Translations under genes and position numbers: made by a program
Assembly (NCBI RefSeq): GCF_002113885.1
Contig: NW_018407210.1
Location: forward strand, 11,968-75,967
Source of the DNA: Mizuhopecten yessoensis
Taxonomy: Eukaryota
Direction: 5' to 3'
DNA: 64,000 bases
Shown: positions 12,301 to 24,000 of the stretch, piece by piece
How the letters are laid out: each line of letters begins with the position of its first letter
Numbering within the stretch: the first letter of the stretch is position 1
Notes under the pieces: model-generated
Told to the model about the DNA's origin: nothing
The model's database searches: none
What the model saw: the letters and a program-made list of their open reading frames with translations, nothing else

Positions 12301-15300
12301 TAAATGAACATCCCACCTAGAACTTTACTACAATAGCAAGTGTGACCAAGACCTGTCAGCTCTGATCAAACCTTGTATTCATAAATTATATTTTTTTTTA
12401 TTTCAGATTGAACAGAGGATACAAGCTGAACGTCTCAAGAAAATGATGGTGGAACGAGCAAAGATGGAGAAAAGAAGTCCAGAAGAAGAAGGTATAGTTT
12501 GAATGAATTAACCATTAGAACAGTGTTGTTGTTTCAATTTAAATAACCACATCATTGAACTAATAATATAACAAAGAAAACATATGGTATACTACATATA
12601 CTATTGTTTAAATAATATTTAATTAACTAAAAAAATATATAGAATGGAGATTCAACAATCCAGTTACCACTGTTTCTGGTGACAAAAATGGCTGGTTTGT
12701 GAGATGTGTAAGCCAGGTGACTGCATAAATAACGCTCCATTATATAATTAAATAAACACTATATTGAGTCATAGTCTAAAACTAGGTCAGACAATGTGGT
12801 GTTAAACTTCCTAATACCATACAGTGCTTTTGTATTCTGTAGATAAGGAGAATCAAGAAATGGAAGAGAACTCTCGTAAGATATGGTCGATAGATGGTCC
12901 ACTTACTGAGGAAGAAAAACCAGAATGTATCAAATTTTTGGAGAAGACTGCTTTAGATCACAAGTTCCATGGAAGGTAGGGTATTAAGTAAATTTTCACC
13001 TTGTTAATCAAGTGTTTGTGAAAGGATTTTATGGTGTAGTAGACTAAATTAGTAGTCAATTAAATTTGGATTTTAACCAGAAGACTTTAAAGGTTATAGT
13101 TCCAAAATTAACTTTATTGGATAAAGGAGTTGGATGTAATTTGATTGGAAATGTATGAGTTATTTGGTAGAAGACTAGCAATGTGTGTAAGTTGGAGAAT
13201 ACATGTGTATGGGTGGTTAGGTTATTCAGAATTATATAGATAGTTGAGGAACATAACCTCTACCTTCTGTTTCTTAGGTTACTTCAATATCTTTTAAAAT
13301 GCTTTTCTAGACTTCTTACCATTAAAACTGGAATAGCCCAATGAAAACTTTTCATGGTCTCACTTTTTTAGTTTGATTCATATACCTACTGTTTTTATTC
13401 TGCTACAAACTAATTTGCGGTGACTTTACAGTCTGATGGCGTCTGCTCGGGACGGTGATGGGTCGGTAAGGGAGGCTATACAATACCTAGTACGCCACAT
13501 ACTTGAGGCAAAGTTTGCTGTGAACAAGTGGAAACGGAAAGACAAGCCCTCGGAGCAGAAGAAAGCAAAACAACTGGAGTACGAGGGTCTTCAATTGACA
13601 CATGTGAAGGAGGTGAGGGATCTATGGGAGTAGATTTATTATGAAGACAGGTGCTTTCTCTTAACAGGTTTAAAAATTATTTACTGGAAATTCACCTCCA
13701 GAAATCAAATCTTTCTTATGTCTCAATTAACACAGTTTTCTGATATATCAGTTAGGAGATTTGACAATTTGATGGTTACCACAATACAGTTTGACAATAT
13801 GATGGCTGTTGTGTTGAAGGTTGAAAATGTGATTGATATTGTTTGTAAGTAGACCAATAGAATCTTTCCTTACCTTGAGGGAGTGACAGAGAAATCTCCG
13901 TATTTTTGGGGCTCTTGAAAATCGCCATTCACTTTTAATCATGTCCCAATTAGAACATGCTATTATACACAAGGCTGTCTCCCCGTAGTGGGCTACAAAC
14001 TGATCTTTCCTGACAAAAACAGGACAAGCAGTCAATGTTGTTATTTATGCTGACCAATGTGATTTGTTTGTATATTAATTTGATTGAAATTATTAGTAAG
14101 ATAGCGATGTGATGTGATACTATAATTTTGTAAGTTATTATGATTGTTATGTACGCTTTGCATATGTTGATATTGTGCTCGCTGTGCTGTTTTAGTAATG
14201 TTGATGTTTTGATGGTTTTTTTTGTAGTTTGACGAGGTTTTTGAGATGGCAGATGTTGCTGTGAAGAAGGTAGCCATGTTACGTGATTATCATCATAAGT
14301 CTTTCACAAAACTTAAGGAGATGTGCCTGCAAGCTCAAATACTGGAATCAGGGGAGACGAGTCTGGAGGACTGTATAATTGCCCTTAAACGCAACATAGG
14401 GGATGGGGCTGAACTCAAGGTAAATACTGTCTCCCCCAAACAAACATGAGATGGAATCGGAAGTCATATAGATAATATCTGCCAGAAACACAACAGAATT
14501 GAGTTGAAGGAAAGTTTATCGAATGATATGACACAGAAAAACAAAAATGTACCAATCCATTAGATGATAACAGATGTGCTATTAGGTGCTGAATGATTGC
14601 TATCAGACATGCTGAACCCAAGATACAGGAAGGATAAGAAGGTGTATTTCAGTGTTATTTGTCTCTATAAATTTATCTGAATTTTCTACAATTTCATTAT
14701 CTGCATGAACGATTAATAGTGTGGATTTTGATTGTATTTGTAGGTTAAGAAAGATGAAGATTTCTGTAAGCTAGATATTGTCTCAAAAGATGAAGATTTC
14801 AAACCGGTGAAGAAGATGAGAGTTCTCATGAAACTTTTTCACAATGAGGTAAACTATAAGTATCTATGAGCTCATCATATGACAAATTAGACTAGATTTA
14901 TCTAGTTATATATATTTTACTTATTATATGAATGTTAGACAAAGGTGTTTTCTTCAGACAAAAAGTGCTTGTGATATCACAGTATTCTTTTGAATACATT
15001 TTGTATATAGATTTAGTAATACTGTACTTTACATTTCTCCCTTCCTCAGCTGAACAAACTATAACCACATATAAAATAGCGTATACACAATGAAAAAGAC
15101 TCGGCAGATTGATATTTGTTTCAAATATGGCCCCGTTCACGCTTCAGCAAGAAAACAGTACGATGACATCCATTGTTGGGTTCCTTCACCATCTAGATAC
15201 ATGGAACATACTGGGGATCCGTTATGTCTTACAACAAAGGGATGCTGCTAAACCTATTATTCCATGGATGCACATTCAAATTACTTTGAAGGCACACTAA

Positions 15301-16601
15301 ACAATGGTGACTTCGTTCTGAAAATTTCGACCACATCACTACCAGAGCAATGTGTCAACGCACGTGCATAACGACCGTTATAGATGAATAAAAATGTAGG
15401 GAAGGCTATTCACATTACTCAAAAATTTAAAAGATATGAAAAAAGAAGAAAGGGTTGTTCAATGTATTTTTTCTAAATTCACTCATATATAGATGTAGAA
15501 TCATTGGAACTGAAGTTACTATCGTAGCAACCTGATTCAATATCTTTTTTCTTTGTTTGTAGTATTTAAGCAGATTTTGAATGTAAATGTAAGTATTGAC
15601 CTTCATTTTGATGACTTATACAGTAGTATGAACATAGTAAGCAATGAACATATGCTTTATGGAGCACTAACGTGCACCATAGAATATGTTTGTTACCACT
15701 GCCTTCATACTACCGTATATGCCGTCAAAGTGAAGGTAAATCCTTACATATAGCTTTGAATACTGTATATTTGGAGAAAGGAGCTTCTGACACTGAAACA
15801 TTTGATGGTTCTGTGGGCTCTTTCTCAAAAATATAAATGTTCATATGACCATCCATATTTCTGCTAAAAAAGTATTACAATGACTTCTACCCTAAGTTCA
15901 TACACTCACTTCCTGAGAGTGAGAGAAGAACTATTAACGTTACTGGAGGAAAAGGTGCTCTGACTACCTGTTTATAAAAGGGCAGGATCAGAAGGACCTA
16001 GGGATGTTTAATATGGTTCTTTACAGGAAAGTAGAGAGGGCGAGTGTTTGAGGAGAGCTTACTGTTAGATCATAACAAGGTGTGATGTTACGTAAAAGCT
16101 GGTTCTCCAGTAGAGTATACAAGTCTTTTTTTTTCCTAGTCACATCTAAAATGCTTCATTCAAATCACACCTTCTGTAATAAAAAATATATCGTTACTTT
16201 TAACAGTTTTTGAAGTGCTCAGAATTGTTCAACCTTAAAAACATTTGACAAATACAATATATATCTGATGTCATGTAACTAGAGATGTAGTGCTGAGATT
16301 AACATAAAGCTGTTGTCTTTTACAGTTTGCCAATGTGTGTAAGGCCATACTGAAGGAATGCCCTATACTTGATACCAATCTTCAGAAAATGGATGCCCGC
16401 CTCAGCACCATGTGTGAGGAATGCTGGGATGCAGTTGCTACTGTGGACAATGTTCCCCGAAGTCAAGCAGACATCAAAGAAATATCAGTAACTATTGAAC
16501 AAAACCGTGCAAAAATGCAGCATGCTTGTCTGGAATCACGATCAGCTGTTCAGATTGTTGAGGATTCTAAGAAGAAAATAAAGGCAGCGTTTCTTTGGTG
16601 A
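6341..16601 (+). CDS. Atypical Rab-like small GTPase with C-terminal helical extension (~490 aa; 506 aa with optional exon)
   Basis: Hand-built GT-AG, phase-consistent exons: 6341-6389 (MGAGCSSDSDNPFAYS), optional 7533-7580 (or alternative start ATG 7568), 7737-7778 (PPLKIALVG), 9068-9160 (G1 GDPEVGKT, effector YIPT), 9513-9638 (G3 WDIPGRE, YFRNLDAAI), 11782-11972 (VVVD...G4 LLGNKFD), 12407-12491, 12843-12975, 13432-13612 (G5 ASAR...VREAIQYLVRHIL), 14228-14419, 14744-14848, 16326-16601 (ends AAFLW*). The first exon is less certain than the core. Confidence 0.88.
6654..7033 (-). repeat. Two related tRNA-like repeat units (SINE-like fragments) in intron 1
   Basis: 6654-6783 and 6906-7033 share ggttccta..ggacgctct..ctgag.taagggaaatt...tgtacaattaaaatctgccacact. 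The minus strand shows A-box (tagctcagt) and B-box (gttcgattt) remnants. Confidence 0.5.
9635..9937 (+). repeat. 23-bp tandem repeat (~13 copies) built from the exon/intron donor junction ATTG|GTCAG
   Basis: Unit attggtcag(t/c)agtag(a/t)gctgtc. The first copy contains the real donor at 9638/9639. Confidence 0.92.
10164..11790 (+). repeat. 33-35-bp tandem repeat (~45-48 copies) built from the intron/exon acceptor junction
   Basis: Unit tctgaactctcctgtttgtgttacag|tggtggttg. The last copy is the real acceptor at 11781/11782. Confidence 0.93.
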
Positions 16602-16832
16602 TGTGTCCTAAGTGAATGTCTGAAAATAAAATATATCAAAATCAATGTTTCTACAGTAACTACAATGTCGTCCAGATCCCTTCGACATTGGCTGTACCAC
16701 TGGTATCATTGGGATATGATGGTCTAACTTATACACTGACACTCAACTCTATGCAAGTTAACACAAACAATCGTCTCTGTTGTAACATGTATCACTTTTT
16801 AGGCTTTCCTCTACATACATATATGTAGATTT

Positions 16833-17247
16833 GGAGGCACAGTAGTCTAGTGCTAGGACGCCGAGCTCGTGACCGAAGGGTTGTGACGCACGGTAGTCTA
16901 GTGCTAGGACGCGGGCTCGTGACCGATGGGTTGCGTGTTCAAGTTACGGCACGGCACTGTGTTGTATGTTTGAGCAAGATATTTTACTCCGCTTGTTCAA
17001 TTCTACTCAGCTGTAAATGAGAATGTGGTTGGGCAGTGCTAGAAATGTTGCATGCTAGCTGTTAGCGCCGAAACGGCAGCTCTGGCTGTATGCTCCCCGG
17101 GGAGTTGAGAAAGGTATTGGCTGGTTGCAATTAAAGGCCCTGTAACCACGGGTAATAATTTGTGAACCGCTTTGAGAGGACCTACGTACTAGGTTGTGAT
17201 AAAACGGTATATAAGAACCTCAAATTATTATTAATTATTATTATTAT
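16833..17247 (+). mobile_element. tRNA-derived SINE (CORE-like central domain, (TTA)n tail) with tandemly duplicated head, downstream of the GTPase stop (probable 3' UTR)
   Basis: tRNA-like head ggaggcac..gtctagtg.taggacg occurs twice. Central tgtgttgtatgtttgagcaagatattttactcc...tgtaaatg resembles the CORE/MIR core. LINE-like tail gtgaaccgctttgag...ggtatataagaacctcaaattatta. A second copy lies at 61533-61890. Confidence 0.85.
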
Positions 17248-19517
17248 AGATATCAGGTATTTATGTACATGAGTTACAGTTCAGACTCGTGTAATAACAT
17301 GTAACACTCTAAGTTCACCATGTCTATAAATATCATCAATTTATTGCATTATCATTTTTAAATATTTGATCATTTTAATAAAAACTTATATTGCAGTGAA
17401 GATATACTAAATGTTATATCTAGGTGAAGATATCAGGTTTAGAATTGACCAATCAGAATGATACTTTTTATTCACTGCATTCAAAGCCACAGATTTTTAG
17501 TTCAGCTGCAGAGGAAGTGACGAAGAACAGATGGTTGTCTTGCTTCATCTTTGCTGCAAAAATTAAGATATGTATTTGACTAACATAACTAAAAAAAAAT
17601 GTTATTATTTACTTATTCAAAATGGTGTGTAGCCTTATTATCAAGTGTGAATCATTAGAACTTGACGCTACTAATTCCCCCACTTTTTTGCAGGTATACT
17701 TTCGTTGAACTATTGAAAACATTTAATGGTTCTCCCATTAAATACTTTATATATATATTTCACTCGTTTGGCAGAATGTGCCGATATTCTATATCATACT
17801 TTGCATTCATATAAAAAATATTGATATTCTGCAAACTTATGATATATGGTAGTGTATACACAATATTTTATTTACATTGAAGTTCAGGATCTAGTAAGTA
17901 TCACCTTCATCAGCTTAGGATGAAACTTTCAAATTAAATTGTTTTGAAAACATGTCTAGAAATATGAGTACTTAGTGTATATTTTCTGAAGGTGCATGAT
18001 CATTAATTAAAATAGGTATAGTTACTATTTACTGTTACCTTAGTAACAAAATGTTAAGGTAAGTTTTGATGTATTTAAGAAGTCATTTATCTTGTCAATA
18101 TTGTCACCATGTTAACAGCATGGTTTTATTATTGTCTTGGTAACGACCTAGAATATGTTGCGTTGGAAGCTGGCCTTCTCAAATACGACTTGTGCAATAG
18201 AAACCTATTACAGAAAAGCAAACCAAATATAAAATAAACTGAAAGAATTTCAATTGAAATTATGCACTGTTTGTATTTCAACACGTTTTCAGTTACTATT
18301 TGATTTAAACAGTGTATTTTTTAGTAATAACCATTTTGTTGATAAACAACCTTGTTGGATTTTAAATGATGTACATTGTGCTCAACTAAAATTCATTTTG
18401 TGAGATGATACAAATCTATTTTTCAAAATTTTTGTTTTCACCTTTGCTGGAGATTCTGATATCATCAGCTATTCCTATTGTTTCTGACGCTGGGGTAGAG
18501 TGTACTACCACAACCATTAACCACTTCTCTCAATATTACCCTTAATTAACCTCACTTGTAGTGTTTACCTCTTTACAGAGGCTTTGGTGATGTTAGGACG
18601 TCATAGACTACAGTAGATATGTAATTAAAACTTTAATAAAACTAAAATAGATAATTCCTTTTGTAGCTATTGCTATTGTTGTTATTGAATCCAAATTCTT
18701 AGAATATGTAAAACTAGTAGGTTAACATGAGATGTTTTTTTACTGTTTCTCTGGACAATGTTTCCTAGCCATGTGGTAAAAATACTCTGTGGACGTGTGT
18801 ACTCTTTTGTATGCAGTCTTTGAAAAATGGTTCAATTTTGTAAGTAAGAAACAGAATTTTTATGATTTTTTTTATAATATGTGACATGTGAAGAGCTGGA
18901 ACCTTCTAATTATGTGATTTCATAACAGCAGTAACTAACATTTTTGTTAATTTGTATTTTGTAATTCACAATATCGTTCAATGTTTATTACATGTACTTG
19001 TCAGAAATATTTTTCTTATTTGTTGAAATCATATATTGTCGAAAAATGATTTTGTAATACTGCCTAATTTACTTACAATTTCATATTTTTCAATATTTTA
19101 ATTTTTTTAAAGCTTGATGTCAAAAATTAATCGAATTGGATATAAGAGTCAAGGACAAACTAAATATCTGTTTACAGAATCGTAAGCCACAACTCAACGT
19201 TCATTATTTGTTTTAATTCAACTTTAATTTAAGGGATTGCTATTGTTTTGTAAGGTTAAAGAGGATTAATGGAATATTTATTTCTGCTTTCGTTTTTATT
19301 TGTTTAATCAACAGAACTTACTGATGCTTTGCCAATTTTTTCCTTTCCTTTCACAGCAAGTTAAAAATCATGTGTTGCCTGAAATTGTTTGAAAATTGTG
19401 TTTTTATCATGTTTGTCCTTTATATATTCCCATCATTTCAATATTGTTTCTTTATGAAAATACACATTTTGTGATATTGTTATTAATAATTATATATCTA
19501 AATTTATAACACATCCA

Positions 19518-19523
19518 AATAAA
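19518..19523 (+). promoter_or_regulatory. Candidate polyadenylation signal for the GTPase gene (long 3' UTR)
   Basis: AATAAA at the end of a long U/A-rich tract, followed by GT-rich sequence. Earlier AATAAA sites also exist, so this is uncertain. Confidence 0.35.
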
Positions 19524-21038
19524 AGAAGCTGGTCTTCCTGGATCTATACCATGCCTTGTGTTCATGTTTACCTACAGAGGAGGTGATACAAACATTCACT
19601 ATGTCTTATATAATATGTTCTTCATATACTTGTATGGGTGTTCATTTTTGACCTAAGTAATATTAAAGCATATCTCTTCTTTACCTAAAGCCTACTACAC
19701 ACTACAAACAAATTAAACACCAATGCTTGCATTTGACACAGGACGTCACAGACACGAAATTTCCAATCAGATTATAAGACGTGCCCTATTGACGAATTGA
19801 CCACTGCTGAAGTATTTGTCTTTTAACTCAAACGTCAACACATTTGGTCTCACTTCTCGTTGGTAACTTTATTTTCAAAAGCAGTTTTTAAATATTAAAG
19901 AAACACTTCAGATTACTACAGCTTTATCGATGTGTACATTGATAGTGTGGGTAGGATAAATGTAGACATCATATAGATTTAAGATTAATCAAAAGTGAAG
20001 AAGAAGAATCCACAACATTAAACGTTAAGCCTTGCCTCAGTTACCATGATAGACGTCGACTCCTGACGGACATAAAGAAGTTTCGAGAGATGCATATTGA
20101 TGAATATTATTTTTGGTCTATACTTTTGAACGATTTCGATCAAGTTTCGATTAATAATAATATTTATTTAGGTAAAAGCCAAATACTACACAAATATCCC
20201 ATTTTGATTAGATTTGACCTCGACTTATACGATGGGTGTCGTTTATGAAGTTGAAGATGTTTGCTTTTCAAGAACATCTACACATTTTCTCTTCGTCCTT
20301 TTTCAAGAGTCTCCTGGTATATCTTGTAAATCGAAGCAATTGATAATTTTACTATAACATTATCGATAAAATCCTTCGCCATCCTCCATATATGCATTCT
20401 GATGAAGAAAAAAATAATTTAAAAAAAATACCCATATTGAGAAAGTATTTGTTATTTTGATTTTTTTCCATTTTTTTTTGTCGATGTCATGTTTTGTGTA
20501 GAATCCCTGTGTATGGATTTCTATGTATACCGTATGTTCTATGTGTCTGGGATAGTTAGTGAACAGAAGACTGTGACACATTTTCTTAAACGTGACGGGA
20601 GATCATCACGAGGAGTGCAACGCAATATGCGTTTAATCCTTTAACATTCCGGACCACATTATCTCAACCCCCTTCTTTCAGGATGCTTGATGTCTTATTT
20701 TGTCTGGTGTCTACTAGTTTCCTTTTGTTGACTTTTCGTTTCGACTGCGAGTTCTGATTTTGTCATTGCGCCGTAATGAGTTGACATTATAGGATTATTT
20801 GTGTTCCCTCAAAATATGTCCTAACCGGAACTACGTGGAAGTGACTATACACATACTCAAGTTTTGATGAGAAGAAAAGATTGTTTGTTGGCTAGTGAAA
20901 ACGACAGAGGACAATAACTCGAATAGACTACAGTAATTTGAGGTTTGTGCTGTAAGTTGTAAACAAAGGCTATTAAAAAAGGATTGCAAGAACACAAGTT
21001 TATTGCCTCGAAACATAAACACATGCAAAATGTCCAAA

Positions 21039-24000
21039 CTAAAGGTAGTAACATCCCAGAAGTTCTACCCGCATACAAGGCTTGTAGGAGCGGTTCCAGT
21101 TGGTAGGCACAAACCGGACGTACCTTGCGTCCACAGGTTGGGCTAACGACGACTTGTATACACTGTTGGTGTTCCCGTAACCAGGGAAGCTCTGGAAATA
21201 AGTCGATAATATTATCAGTACTAAACCAATGAACACATATAGAGCCCAATACTATAATTTAACATTGCAACACTCTTCCGTAGTAACTCTCTATCTTTCT
21301 GTTATCATTTTCCTGTATTTCCTGATAATGACACTATTTCAAATAATTTTACTATTGGCTATATCCCATGGCTATATTATTTATCTAATTGCAATAAAAA
21401 TTTGACTTCAATAATGCCATTATATTTTAGCACTTACTTTGTGGCTTTGTGACTGATGTTAGCGTATGATTGTTATTGACAGTTACCTGGGTGACTAACT
21501 TATCGTTACGACAATGTCTGCGCCGGAAATGTTTCTGCTTACATCTCAAGTTAGGACTGTTACGGGACGATTTCGATTTTCAGATCATGAACGTTACTTT
21601 TCTTGATAGAAACACCCCTTATTGCCTTACCTACGGTGTTAACATCTTACAGTTAATTCGCTACCCATGTACTTGTTCCGAATATCATGACTTCCGGGAT
21701 AGATGTCGACTGCTGACTGACAAACCTTCAACACAGCGTTTTCAAAGATGTAGGCTGATGAAGTGGAGACTGACAAACCTTCAACACAGCGTTTTCAAAG
21801 ATGTAGGCTGATGAAGTCTACGGACAAGGTTTATGATCAGCATCTCGCGTGGAAATACGCTTTTTCTTCGTGTGCTTTTTTATTATGTTGATAAGAGTGT
21901 CTTGTGGTTTTGTTTTCCTGCGTTCTCTGTGTGAGGACGTGATATTACTTGGATACTACTTACAAATGTAGATTTACATGGCGGGTGTCGTCGATGAAGC
22001 AGAATACGCTTACCATTCGGGAACACCTGGTCTTATTGTCCTTGTTATTTTCCGAGGGTCTCCATGTAAATATTTCCTTTGTTTATATTTTGCCCTAGTT
22101 TTGCCGATGTTGAGTTTGGATTATAATTTTGTTGACACTTCAGTTTTCACTTGTTGTTTTTGTATAAGCTGAGGAAGCTGTAGCAGAATACTTACTTTGG
22201 GATAGACGCCATTATTGTATTAGGTGGTGAGGGAGTTGAAGCTGGTGAACACATACCTTGGGACTGACGCCACTGTTGTATAAGCTGATGGATTTGTTGT
22301 AGCTGGTGAATACTTACATTGGGACTGATGCCATTGTTTTATTAGGTGGAGAAGATATAGTAGCTAGTGAATACTTACCTTGGGACTGACGCCGTCGGTG
22401 GTGTAGTTAGTGAAGGAATTACCATCAACACTAAACTGTAGGTTGAATGCCGTTGTATAGTAGTAGCTGCTACATCCTTGAATCTGTACACCATGGATTT
22501 GAGTTACGTTTCCTATAATGAAAATAATCCACGCGTTTTAGATTAGTCGCTTCCCCAGATGTTGTTCTTGATAGAGGGAATATGCTTATAAAACTATCAA
22601 ATACAGTAAATGTTAGCCTCTATACATCCCTGCAGGTTGGGAAATGAGAAAAGAATTTACCTTCTATAACCAACTGCAAATCGTTAGGCATTTAATGTGG
22701 TAATCTATAAAGTCGGCATCAGATCCGCGATATCGTAAGGATACAAATACACCAACTTTCCTCCTCCAGTATACATATGCACGCTTAAATTACATACATG
22801 GATGCATGGGGTCACATCTTTAAATGACTTCAGCCATTCATAGTGGCTATCAGGATTAAAGACTTATCCACAGTGGGATCGTGGGTGACCAACATAGTTT
22901 CCTTTCTATAATGTGAGACATCATGGTTCGTCCACGTGTGGTGCTGGAGCTGCTTATCCATTCCCAGAGCACTTGCTTTCGCTTTTCGGATTTTGTAATG
23001 GAGCAACTGTCTTTCCTTTCATGTCTCGGCAGCTTGTTACTGTTGTCGTTTCGTATATTATCGACTTTTATAGTTCCCTAAATTGCTTACGCTGTAGTAC
23101 TTAATGTGTATATGTAGTTAAGCTAATACATTTACATTAACTAAGGTTTAACATGGGATGGTTATCTTAAATCAGTTTTACAGGCGGAGAGAAGGTACAT
23201 GTACCAATTTATTTTATCAGTAACACAACATTTGATTGCGAAATGACGATACTGTCTGATTAGTTTCATTCCATAAAAGCAAATAACTTCAACCATTGCT
23301 ACTGTTTCTACCGACCATTGATCTCTCACGTTTGAAATCTATTAACTATCACATACCAAAGTCGACCTGTAGCCATGACTGACTGTCCACTCCATACCAC
23401 CCAGACCCGTACAGGCGTCCATTTAGTGCCAGGTAGGTACTGTATGATTTGTATGCTGACATGTGGGCATCTGGTACCACCTTGTGACGCCCGTCTACTC
23501 CTAGTCCGTTATTTCGACAATCTGAAATGGAAACAATATGTTGTAGTTGTCAACGTCCTTTTATCTTGAGGTGGATATTACGTAAAAACCCAGCTATACG
23601 GTATAGCAAATCAGATTACCTTGGAGTAATGAAAAAATACCTGTGGTAAATAAAATGTACCTGTATACATGAAAACACTATAAGATACATGCCAAATTAC
23701 AAAATTTTGTAATTAGTCAGAAAAATGTGCTTTATTTATGTTGCTTATCCAATGATACATTATAAAGCCCTGAAGACTGACTGTCCACAGATACAATTTA
23801 TCAACATATCAACATATCAATATATCAATATATATCAATATATATCAATATATAAATACATAAAGCCAAGACGAACCCAGGCTGCAGGTTTTGCCTCCAT
23901 ACGGGTGTATACAGTTACAGTGAAAGTCATTCTTCGTGTCCTGACATATCCCTTCATGCAGACAGGTAGTACTCGTACACGAATCAATGCCTACAGTTGT

